Positions 1 to 11,800 of a DNA stretch of 64,000 nt are shown piece by piece; the first letter of the stretch is position 1; every line of letters begins with the position of its first letter. The stretch spans positions 1,970,569 through 2,034,568 of the forward strand of contig NMRA01000007.1 of assembly GCA_002633005.1 (NCBI GenBank). Reading direction: 5' to 3'. The stretch is from Phoronis australis. Lineage: Eukaryota > Animalia > Phoronida. A model generated the notes under the pieces. It was given only the letters and a program-made list of their open reading frames with translations, made no database searches and was not told where the DNA came from. The translations under genes and the position numbers were made by a program.

Positions 1-260
1 TGCTCGTGACACGAGCGTACTGTTTTCAAAACAACAACATACTTTTCATTCTTAGAAAAGGCAGAGTGTTACGGAAGAAAATGACGTTTATTGCATTGTT
101 TTTCAATTAAACGGCTGTAACCGGAAAGGTGAGTGTCGGTTGATTCCCAGATTTTACATGCACGATGCACCCCATTCGGTCTTTAGCTTTACATGTTGAT
201 ACAAGTTTCACGGCGAGGTGACGAGCAGAATTACCCTGGCTGTGTGCAATTTTGGGGTCT

Positions 261-401
261 ATGAAAGAAATACACACAGTGGTACCTAGCTGTATTTTGA
301 CGACGGTCTTCATACAGCTAGCTGGCTGGTTACCAGCCAGCTAGCTATATGAAGACTATCGTCAAAATACAGCTAGGTACCACTGTGTGTTTTTCTTCCA
401 T
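261..401. repeat. Near-perfect ~140-bp palindrome (foldback) in the VPS72 5'UTR intron
   Basis: ACACACAGTGGTACCTAGCTGTATTTTGACGA...GCTAGCTGGCTGGT / TACCAGCCAGCTAGC...TCGTCAAAATACAGCTAGGTACCACTGTGTGT; arms of about 70 bp with few mismatches and essentially no loop. Confidence 0.9.
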
Positions 402-561
402 TTTTGGTGAAGTGTTCTTTCACAAACTGTTTTCAGTTGTTGTTTTAATCATCTTATTACCAGTAGGATGTACATCATTCCCTGTGTGTGCAGTATACTG
501 GATAATATCAAAGAATTTTTTCTAAAACAAACTGTGTCCTAGGCAATAATCACTTACTGGA

Positions 562-630
562 GTCCTGGATTTGAGAACCAGTTGGATGCCAGTTACTTAG
601 TGGATAAAACTGGTTCTCAAGATGCGGGAC
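562..630 (+). mobile_element. ~75-bp hairpin mini-MITE family, copy 1 of 4
   Basis: Stem TTGAGAACCAGTT...AACTGGTTCTCAA with a conserved loop; related copies at 35662-35740, 55846-55923, 56882-56962. Confidence 0.7.
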
Positions 631-759
631 CCCTGATTGACTATTGTGCGATCCTATGCCCCACAGCAAAAGCAACTAATTTGGTTTGTGACAGTTTACA
701 CATTGCCTGTGAATGGTGCTCTTCTGTTACTTTTTAGTCCGTCTGTATACCTAGACACA

Positions 760-3700
760 ATGGCGGCCACACGTGAAAAGCGAGTTAATGCAGGCGCAAA
801 AATGGGGAAACTACTAGAAGATGAAGAGGAAGATGACTTTTACAAAACGACGTATGGTGGATTTGAAGAGGTCAGTTAAATCCATCAGTTCTCTAGTCTT
901 GTCTTTTATTAGAAGTAAAATACTTAATAGTGATATAGAGATTATGTGTAAATTTTTTTTTGGTATATACTTGAACAATCGCCATGTTGTCATTAGGGCC
1001 AGTATTAATCATCATTGATCGTGTCTTAATTGTATTTTGCACTCTGTTCTAGGTATGCTATCGGTTTTGTACTGTTTTTACGTTGGTTTGGCATTGTGTA
1101 ATCATTTACTAAAAGCATTATATCTGAGCATAAGGTTTTAAACTCAGTTGAGGTATTATTACATTTTTAGCATGGTTGCCTTTCGTGAAATTCATTGGGA
1201 ACATTGTGATGACTAGACATTTCATAGGCAGCTCTATACTTATCCGTGTGTCTCGGACCCTGTGAGCAGATTCACCTAGAGTAAATTTCACTTTTAATTG
1301 GTTGTTACTCCATTTTATTTAATGCAGTAGATTTCAAAAAGTAGATGGTTTTTGTTGAAATTCATCCGCTTCGTTGAAGTTATGGTGAAAATAAAAAGGG
1401 TATTCAGAGAATGAATAATACTAATGTTCAAAATTAGTTATATTAATTTGCTTCGAAATTTTGGCCATTTTTGATTTTGACGATTCATGAACTTTTTTGA
1501 GAACCACTCTGTCTGCATTTTTCAGGAAATGAACGATGATGATTTTGATTCGGAGCAGGAATCAGCGTCAGACATCTCTGACTCGGATATTGACATGTCT
1601 GAAAACGATGAAGTCAAAAGTGATCTAGAGGATGATGAGCCTAAACGGAAAAAGAGAGTCGTAACAAAAGCGTACAAGGTCAGTTCACTTCGTTTGTACC
1701 GTGATGTGGTGTTCTTTTAGACAGTCATCCTTCTCTTCCAGGGTCATAACTTCCGTGTGAACTCCTCTCCTGGTTGTCACAACTTTTACATCCAGTGTGG
1801 ACTCAGCTGTACAGATAAACTTGTAACACAAACAAAGAAATGATGATCGTCATTATGAATCATCTTTACCATCTTGTTGAACATCGTCACACCCAAAGAC
1901 CGCATGACGCAGTTGTACAGTTATCCTCAATGAGTATTTCCCTTTTGTAGCAAGTGATAAAAATTTGCAGAAATGTCTTTGTGTAAATATGTAGATATTT
2001 TGTCGGTTAAACGAATTAAAGTCGATAACTTCTTCAGAAGTTAATCAGTGACATTTTGATGTGTATGACCGTTTAGTAAATTAATTAAAATAGAATATTT
2101 TTTGCATGTACGCATTGACATAAGCACTCGTATTTATATTATTGAGACTTTGGGCTATTGTGGTAGAGAATGTAGACTCATCAGTCAAAAAACGTTTGCA
2201 CCCTTGAAGGTTGGTGAGACAAGCTTCTAATGTTTTTTCCTTAATTTTCAGGAACCTGTGAAGAAAAAACCCAAGAAAGATGAAAAACAATCGACCAAGT
2301 CCAAGGAAGAGAAACCAAAAAAGACAAAAACCAAATCAACAGTTCAGATTTACCACTGTCCATCAGGTAATAACTACGTATTACTGTAAAGATGTAATAT
2401 AGTACTGTTTGTAATACAACTATGATCTGATAATTGCCAATAAAGAATTCCGAGCAGTTATCAGTTTTCGTAGACTAGCTGTATCAGTTTCATGTACCCA
2501 GATGCATGTATTTGAGTGCATATTGTAGCCATTGGAGTTTGACGACTATTGTAGCAAAATTTGACAAATGTGTTTCTATTGGCAGAGAGCTGGCTGGTAT
2601 TAATTTCTGGACTGTTTCCAATACTGCTATCCCCCTAGTGGCAGATTTAGTTTTGAGTTTGCCTCAGTTTCTTCCCAGGATGAAGGGTCTCCATGTAAGT
2701 TGGCAGCTCAGATTTTAGGCAGGACAGGACAGCACTTGAAGTTGTTCGATTTGTGTTGATATCCCTGGTGGCTATTTCACTTTTGGTGTCCAACTCTCCA
2801 TTTGCCAAATCTTTTTGAAGAATCATAATGAGTATTTATTTAGGTGAGCATGAGAGGCATGGATTATGAGATGGATCCGACTGCAGCATTGTCCACTAAA
2901 CAGTGATTTTAGTTTTCTTTTCGTCAATCTCAATATCTATTGTATTTGTCAAATTTTGGATAACTAGCACTCTACAGACTCAGTGTAAAGTTAACTAGTG
3001 TTACTGATTCTACTCTGCAAAATTTTTTTAAAAAATGAGTCCTACTGAGGTGTTTTAATACCATTTAAGATGCACAAAGTTGGCGTATAGCAACACTGTT
3101 TGTTGTTCTTGTTTAATATTATGTCAGTCATCCCAATCATGTGATATGCCTTGCTTTAAGTGAAACAGCTAATGCAATATGCACTCGAATTTCAGAGAAA
3201 AAGTCTTTGCGCCGCTCTACTGCGCAGAAATCTCAAGAAATTCAAAAAAGAGTGAGCGAGCGTGAGGTGCGTAGACAACATCTGAAAGACATTGCTGCCA
3301 AGAAGAACGTGGCAGAAGTGAGACGTCTGACACAGGAGGAGCTGCTCGCTGAGGCTGAGGTCACGGAGCAGATCAACCGCAAGTCACTAGGTACAGGGTA
3401 GTGGATTGAACGCCGGCTGATTCTTGATGTTTTAATGCAGGGGCCATCAGCGATTTTGGGTTTTAGGGCCATATTTCTCAAAGGTTTGGGAAGAGGGGCT
3501 GCACAGAAAAGGGAATCTTAAGGTTATAGTGTTCAGTAATTCATTGTAGCAATTAAAGTCAATGAACCTTGGGTGAAAGCCTCTGACCATTTTCAACTCA
3601 CAACTCCACTGAGGTTCTCAGTGACAAACTTGGTTGCAAATGATGCTTTTCTAAGTTTAGGAAATTTTTTTAAAAAGTTTTTGTAGTGTAAAAATCTTAA

Positions 3701-6700
3701 TGTGATGTACCACAAGTTTGTTTTAAATAAAAACCCATTATTTTTATTTTTCTTTTTGTCCAATTTTAAAATTAAAATTTGTTATAACTGAGAGTCATTA
3801 GGTGCTAGGACTCATTTCTCAATTGTCAACATTGAATACTTCTTGGTTGGGATTTTAATTGCCAGTTACCACAGCTCCTGGACTTTAGTTGGAGGATTAA
3901 GGAACAGAGAGAGATTCTAGTAATAGCAATGCCTACAGTTATAGCACAATATTTACACTCAATCGCAAGCCATTTTGGGCACTGTATTCTATATAATCTG
4001 AATCTGGCATTAAAAAGTTGTGCTTTTTTAGTCTTTGAATGAGAAAAAGTCAGTTGACTACAACAGGACAAAAGAGAAACTCGTTTTTATGCACCCACAT
4101 ATTGATATGTGGACGCATCTCCGTCTGTCCGGCATCCGCTGCTCTATCTCCAAAAGCGTTTGTAGGATCTTTACTTAATTTAGCATGTGTATTTATATGA
4201 TGTTGGCTATGGACGACGACGACTTTCGGACGGATTTGATCACTGGTGTGCCCCATAGTGGCAATTTTAGTTTTTTACGTTGAACTCTGTATCTTCAAAG
4301 GTCATCAACAGATTTTCATAAAAATTTGAATTTAGGCATGTATTGGTGAGATGATGGAATTGAGATATTTTGTGCCACCTAGTGGCCATTTTTGCTGTTT
4401 TCAAATCTTGTTTTTGGCGTCCTCCCATCTATCAACCAAATCATTTTAGGGATGGTTTTGAAAATTGGCGTATATGTTCTCGGTGTGAGGAGGAAGTTTG
4501 ATGATGGCGATTGACTACAGTGGCGCCTCTAAGTGGTAGTTTTGTTTTGTTTTGCGCCCATAGCTGTATCTCCTAAACCTACTGCAGGATCTTTATTAAA
4601 TTTAGTAAGTGTATTGCTATGAACATAGCAAAAGAAGTTGATGACTTTCAGGTGGATCCAACAGATCCTGTGCCCACAAGTGGCAATTTCATTTTATTCT
4701 TTTTTCCTTTGTTTTTCTGAAATTCCTTGACAGATTTTTATGAAATATGGCATGTTCCCGTTTTTGGATGGATTGTACATTTTTATGACATCTAGTGGCC
4801 ATTTTTATGATACAAATAAATAAGGGCTGTTCCAGCAAAATCTGTATGGGAGGGGGGGAAGGCACTTTTATTTCGTACCCACCGCCCATAATTTTATTCC
4901 TCCCAGAATTCCCCCGAGTACTACCATGAGATACGGACATGCGCAAAGCGAACCATTCCACGGACTTATCTTCTGGAGGAAGACGTGTTTTTCCTTTGGA
5001 AGGTTTTTTCGCGCAAGTTATACCGCGACCACGCTCAATTGCATAACTCTTTGCTACTGAGCATTTTCTTCTTATCCTATATAATCATCTTGGAAGTTTT
5101 TGGACGACCGAGCTCACCGACTCTGTGTGACTCGGCGGGCCACACCTTGCCCGGTTTTACCGGCGCAGAGCATTACGACTCTCTATTGGCCTCATCGTAT
5201 TTTCAGGCCTACCTGCTTTGGGGTTTCCGTGACCCGACACGGACCATGTGGAGTGTTTGATAGTTGTCCTATCCTCGTACGCTTAACCTCACCGACTCTG
5301 TGTGACTCGGCGGGCCACACCTTGCCCGGTTTTACCGGCGTTGAGCATTACGACTCTCTATTGGCCTCATCGTNNNNNNNNNNNNNNNNNNNNNNNNNNN
5401 NNNNNNNCCCCCCCCCCCCCGTCCCACACGGATTTTACTGGAACAGCCCTAACCTTAAAAGCACACCATTTGCTATGCATTCGTGGGCACATTTCAACGC
5501 TCTGCGTTGCTCTTATTTTTAACAGTTACCAATTTATTAAGACATACACTAAAATATAATACTATGAAATTCATCCCGGAAACCGCAGTGAGCCAGGCTT
5601 TAGAGAAACTCTTTAGTAGCTGGTGCTCCATTTTGGGGTAGTCTCACTGTTTCCTCTTTAGGCTTGCTGGGCCATAATAATAGTCTGACTATGCTTGTGT
5701 ACCTAACCCCAGAATAAAACACTTTTGTGACAGGGGCCCGTTCCAAGAATTGACTTATTAAGTTCATTTTTTTACTTGTCTAAGATTTGTTTCACGTTCC
5801 AAACTTTGAAACTTTCACATCCGGTACATTCCATCAAATTTAAGACAAATTTTAAGTAAACGACTTAAAATAATTGTCTTGGAACGGACTGAAAACAAAT
5901 TTAAGTTTCGTCTTAAAATTGATATTAGTTTGAAATTTATCTTCATCCACCCAACGAATCCAGTCAGTTTTGAGTAGGGAAGCACCGAATGGTAGCTCTG
6001 AAAAGTATTATCTCGGATGTTATTACTATGTTCTTTTCTTTGGTTTTGTGCAGAAAATTATCAAAGGATGGAGTTGGAGAAGAAGAAAAATCGAGGTCAA
6101 AAACAGACCTACCGTGGGCCTATCATACGTCACCACTCCATGACAATGCCGCTGATTGAAGAACTGCCAACCGATGTAAACATCGATGTAGAAGGCTCAA
6201 CGTAAGTTACACTTAAAACTTCATTTCGCCCTCTTTAGCTGGGTATAAACCAGAAATCTCATTATACTCCTTATCGTGATAGGATTCTACCATATTACTG
6301 TAACCGCCAAGAACATGTTAATTAGAAATCGTTTCAGAGTCTTGGACTTCAAAAAGAAATCCTAAAATGACGAATTCCAAAATATTGTACATACATATTA
6401 TCTGGGATTGGAGTTGCCTGATCATTTAGCTGCAGTTTTTAAACACCATAGGGCTTCAGTTAAGAGTTCAACATTGGCAGTTAAAACAGCAGCGAAGTGC
6501 CCATTTAAAGGTGCTGTCTCTTTATGTCCATGAATATTTAAATTAAGTATAGATTTGGTATAAAACTCCTGAAGGTGTTCCAATGTTCAGAGCATAGGCA
6601 CTTGCAAGAAACAATAGTAGAAGCTTGGTAGTTTCAAAAAGTTGCCTATAAAATGGTATTTCCAACCTTAGCAAAGACGATTATTGTAAAAATTCTTCAG

Positions 6701-7285
6701 CTCAGAGATCATTATGGCAGACATGTGAAATTTTATTTTGTCAAATTTCTTAACGAAAATAATTTTTCATTGAGTTTAACTTTGGTTGTAACTTAGTGTT
6801 TTCAGCTAAGGTTACATATAACCCTAATTAATTTTTTTTTCTTCTTGAAATATCTTAATAGTAACTAGCTACTGTCAATTCCTAAAAGTGTATCAAAAAC
6901 TGTATGAATATCTGGTGAAAATTTGATTGAATATTGTAACCCTATTAGTTCTACTAAGGGTTTTGTGAACTTAGTTTGACTAAAGATTCAACTTTTGATC
7001 CATTTTAGGGAGTCTACCAAAACAAATCAGTCAAGAACTGTGGAACATGGTGAAAAGTGTTCAAGGACATTCATAACATTTACGGATGAGAAGATTTTCA
7101 AGGAATTATTCAGTCATAAACGGACTAGACCACCCGCAAAGCAATACTGTCCAATCACAAGACTTCCTGCTAAATACTTTGACCCCGTAACCATGACACC
7201 ATATGCAAATGCGCAAGCATTTAAGTTTCTGAGAGACAAATACAACCAGCTGCAGAATCACCACAGCGATTCAAAGAAAGTGTAG
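760..7285 (+). CDS. VPS72: Vacuolar protein sorting-associated protein 72 homolog (YL1; H2A.Z chaperone of SRCAP/TIP60), 6 coding exons, 332 aa
   Basis: Exons 760-870, 1526-1678, 2252-2366, 3196-3390, 6054-6201, 7009-7285; all GT-AG and phase-consistent (999 nt). N-terminus MAATREKRVNAGAKMGKLLEDEEEDDFYKTTYGGFEE, central LTQEELLAEAEVTEQINRKSL and C-terminal YL1_C motif CPITRLPAKYFDPVTMTPYAN are diagnostic. Probable 5'UTR intron 129-737; AATAAA at about 7365 and 7391. Confidence 0.96.
4824..5449. mobile_element. PIF/Harbinger-type non-autonomous TIR element with an internal tandem array, spanning an assembly gap
   Basis: TIRs GGGCTGTTCCAGCAAAATCTGTATGGGA / TCCCACACGGATTTTACTGGAACAGCCC, flanked on both sides by TAA (4821-4823, 5450-5452). 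Confidence 0.85.
5113..5373. repeat. 175-bp tandem repeat (about 1.5 units visible) running into the N gap at 5374-5407
   Basis: CTCACCGACTCTGTGTGACTCGGCGGGCCACACC... starts at both 5113 and 5288, nearly identical. Confidence 0.9.
5733..5890. mobile_element. Short foldback MITE-like element
   Basis: CCGTTCCAAGA at the left end and TCTTGGAACGG at the right end are inverted, with further imperfect arm symmetry. Confidence 0.5.
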
Positions 7286-8846
7286 AGAATTCTTCAGCAT
7301 CTTTGTTATCTTTATTTTTTCCAGTGGAGCCTTGGGATCTCTTAGTAAATTGTTTATGCATTGTAAATAAAGTGTACCAGTTAAAATGTAAATAAAATCA
7401 TAAACTTAATGTCAACTATTAAAAGAAACTCCTCTTCAGATTCTTTTACTAATTCACTCATAGCCGTGAAAACTTGAAACTACATCGACTGCAAGCCGAA
7501 TTTTGTGGTCTAAGAGACACAATTTCAGTTTTTTAGAGTGAGCAGCCCACTTGACTTGACAAAGCTGTCGATTACAAGAAAAAGGGGTCATGTGTTGGTT
7601 ACCAAGTTAGCAGAGGGTACTGTTCTTGTTGAAAGCTACATACAGTGCCATCTTTCAATAAAAACCTGTTTCCAAAATTCATTTAAAGTCCCATACAGCA
7701 CCATCTTTGAATCTATTTTTGGTTCATGTTTTGGGACGAAACCTGTTGTTTTGGTTCTTGTAAACACCTTTAGATGGCATCTCTTATTCCATGTGATAAA
7801 ACCATGGACCCATTGATTGATTCTACGGTAAGAGGATTTGTATTACCTTGATTTATTCATCTTTGAAACCTACAATTTTGCCCTGGCCTTTAAAGCTCCT
7901 TTACTAACTTGTTCAATTTTGGGTTGAAGTTGATTTTTCTGCATGGGGTTTTGTATGTCTTCTATTAAACATATTTCTCCAGTTAATTTGCACAAAAATA
8001 ATTGCCACAACACTCATTTTCCATTTATGATTACCTGCCTGCTTGTTTAATGACAAACCATGCTGTTCTCGGTCTTTAGTTTTGTGAAGAACTCCCAAGT
8101 TTCACTTGTCAGCCACATTAAGTGAAAAACTTATTTACCACACCATTATTTTTTCCAGTATTCAATGAGTTATCCTCAAAAATACCTGTTACATACCAAT
8201 TGAAACGTCTGTGCTTTTGCAGCTATAAATTTGCATTCTGTTAAAGAAATTCTCACTTTTGATTTAAGACTTCTTACCGCTGTGAAACCGACCTAATCTT
8301 GTTCCTGACTCAAGGCTTGGAAATTAACAGTTGGCTATTGCTAGAGACCCAAGATTGGTGCTTAAAATGACGTCATGACGAGCCAACTTGTAGTACCTGG
8401 CCACAAGCAACAACAAACACACAGTTCTCTCACAGCCTACAAATCACCTCTAATTTAACTAAGGAATGATCGAGACCAACTTAATAACAACTGAGTGGTC
8501 AAAATCAAGTTAGTTTTTGTGATGGAAGGTGGGTTTATTGCCACTTTAATTACAAATCAGTTGAAATTTTCCATGAATATTTATTCCAACTATAAAAAAG
8601 CAAAACAAAAACAGAGGCACAATGTAACAAGGTAAAACCACCTATTGAATTACAGAAAATTAGGAATGTTTCCTAGCTGCAACTTACAATCCTATTACTG
8701 CCACAACACAGGAAATGGTAGAAATTTAGAGTAAGAGTTCGCTGTTTTAACTGAGCAAGAAGTGCAGATCTGCAAAACCGTGTAAAAACCAAAAATGCGT
8801 TCCACCCAATAAATTGAGAGCCGTTAGAGCCTACACTAGAATGCAT

Positions 8847-11800
8847 TTATAACTCGTCACGTGAGATGTACTCCTTTACAGTGTCCAAGTCCTTCTCGAT
8901 TTCTTCGGGATTGTGGGTGGGCAGAGCACTGAAAAAAAAAAACTACAATCAAGCGTGGGAGACCGCAATCAAGTTCCAAGAGCATGAGACCAAGTTAAAT
9001 CGACCAATAATATTCAACGAGGTCTCGCAGTTAATTACTTGTGGATTGAACACTGAATTTTTTATGAAATAATCCAGGACCCAGTTGCATAAAAGTTATA
9101 CGCTCCATACCAACGATGAGGTCGCATTATCACGCGACACATTGTAATTGTTGAACAATGCACCTGACGTCATGCAACAATCCGACTTGTCCAGCGGATA
9201 ACTTTGAAGTTTTATGCAACCTAGCCCTGAACAGTTGACATTTACCGTACAAGTTGACACAACTTACCCACCTGTTGAAATTGCAGCTGTTGTACCAAGC
9301 TAAGCTCTACTTTGCTTCTGACCAAAGTTTCTATTAAATTTTCCATGAGGTGAACCTCCATTAGTACTTCGTAAGTTCTTCAACAAAATTCATATCTCTC
9401 TCTAAAGACACTGCACTATCAACTCTCAGCACTAAATCAGTCATTGTACCTTTCCAATCACGATAGGTGACCACCATGGATGCATTAAAACAACTTCTTC
9501 ACAGCGTAATTTAAAAACAAAACTTTTGACTAACTCAGAGTCTACAAACTATCATTACTATAACATAGCTCTTGCTATAACGCAGTGCAGCGTGTTAACA
9601 CTACAAGGAATTCTCTTTTCATTGCCTGAACGCCCAAAGACAAACCTACAACTTATAATTAAATGGTGCTCTTCTAAATAAGGCGGATGATATGGTATAA
9701 GTAAGAATTGTTAGACATCTTTCAGACCGTATGTTGGTCACAGCATGCGACCTATATCTAAGTCTGAAAAGATCTCTTTCCCTGAATGGCACTAAAATAC
9801 GGGACTTTCTGCAGTACAGTTAGCAGAAAGTCTCGGGTACAAGCTCTGGCCGGGACAGAGATCTTTTCAGACTTAACAATAGGTGACCTGATTTGACCAG
9901 CGTACCGTCTGTAAGAGGACTAATAATTCTTAGTTGTACTTAGGACTTATACCGTATTCGCCGTAATAACCGCCCATCAGTCGCCCATGCCCCTATAAGC
10001 GCACCCCCCCCGTGTTTTCAGACTTTGCTAAAACAAGCGCCCAATCCATGAACGTGTACGTGCGAAAAATGCCTTACCTATAGTCCTAAAATTCTACAGT
10101 AACGTCTTCAATTTACCATTAATATTCGAGATTCCTTTAAAAAATCATTGTGTGCAGAATTTGTAGACCACGAGCCTCGCCGCTATGTCGGTATTTAGCC
10201 GTGACTATACACTTCAAACTTCCGCCATGCCTCAAAACGAACACAAAAGTTCTGCTGATATTGTGAGGACCAATGGTCTGGCCTTTCAGAACAGAAGTAG
10301 TGTACTTGTCTACAGGATTGCTTTGTAGATATTTCCTGCTTTTAACAGGAATCTAAATTTCTTTGTAGGCCTACACGTGAAAACCGCGAATCGAAGACTA
10401 ATAAAAAGCTTGGCCAGTGTTAAAAGCACGTGGACACGAAGCGCGCGCTACATACATGAACCTGTCATCAAAGACATTAGTCGGGAACTATCCATTCATG
10501 AAACGGGTAGCATAGCATCGGCAAGAAATGAATATTGGCATTAATTTTTAACAGTTTCTAATACTATAAAAAATGTTTGCGTTATTTTTAAGATGAATTG
10601 TTTGATTAACCATAATTGGTGTTTTTAAGCCAAATATCTGATAAAATGACCACTGACAGTGAATGCTTACGCACCCTTAGACCAAAAAATAACTGTCAGA
10701 TAGTCATGTATGCCGCATCCAGCCACACAGCGACTAATATGGCCTTACCAAGACAAATGTCGAATGTTTTTAGGGACATGAGACCAGCAAGTGCCGAATG
10801 AAACACGCTCTGGTTTAGGCCTACTGCTTGTGCAAACTTAATAGATACAATGCACATCTAGCTCATTAGATTGCGTGGCTCTGGCCAAAAGACGGTATCT
10901 GCTCTGGCAAATGAACTCTGGTGACACGCACGCGCTCGCTTACTCACAAACGCAGACAACTTCAAAACAAACGTCACGTGAATAACAACTTGTGTGTTCG
11001 TCCAGACATTTTTCTCATGTTGCCAATCACACATGTAGATGGCACGATGTACTAGCATAGATTTGTACTTAAACCTGCCGTGATACCGACTCCATGGGAA
11101 CTTTAAAATCTTAGGGACGCTACTTGGAAAACGTAAGGAGGATTTCAGGTAATTTGCTTAAGTCAAAACTGTATTTTTATTCAAGCATTCAAGTCGCCAT
11201 ATAGACGATTGCGAGGCAGGCAGTCGGCGAGTTTTCGCCCTGGGATTTCAACAAAAATTTCTGTAAAATGATCTAACTTAGCAGCAAAGTTTGATATAAA
11301 TGCACCATGGTTTTGCAGAAAGTCTTTCACAGATTACAGATACGTCACAGAGCGTAAATATGATGAATCTTAGCTTCCGATTTCACTCGTTTCGGAGACC
11401 GGGTTTCAACGGCCTTGGGTTATAATAAGCGCCCCCCCTGAAACGAACTTTTCTAAGCGCCCTGAGCGGTTATTATGGCGAATACGGTAATTGAAGTTAC
11501 AGTGTGTCTAACTCTGATCCAAAACAACCACGTACTTGATCACGGCTGCGCTCATGCGGTCCACAATACCTCCTGGTTGACAGATTGTATCGCAGATCTT
11601 GCAAACAGGGCAGAACTTGCAGTACTGTTAGAGAGGGAGAGATAAATAATAAAAAATAAAAATTGTGACTGGTAACAAAAAAGGCAAGAGCACTTTTCAG
11701 TGTTAGAAGTAAAAAGTCACATGTAGTCTAGTTCATAATGTACATATTCAGTTAGAAGATACATGTCCAAGATTATCTTCAACTATTATGAGGGTATGGT

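Larger units (their letters stand above)
4083..5518 (+). mobile_element. Non-autonomous Helentron-type (DINE-1/HINE-like) element, interrupted by a nested insertion
   Basis: T-rich 5' end GTTTTTATGCACCCAC, CCGTCTGTCC motif, internal ~420-bp duplication (4141 vs 4563), subterminal inverted match GTGGGCACAT followed by 3' hairpin CAACGC-TCT-GCGTTG and a T-rich end; homologous inverted copy from about 45156. Confidence 0.7.

Noticed and set aside
4985-5559. ORFs of 85-140 aa with repeated peptides
   Set aside because: They are translations of the 175-bp tandem repeat and the N gap.
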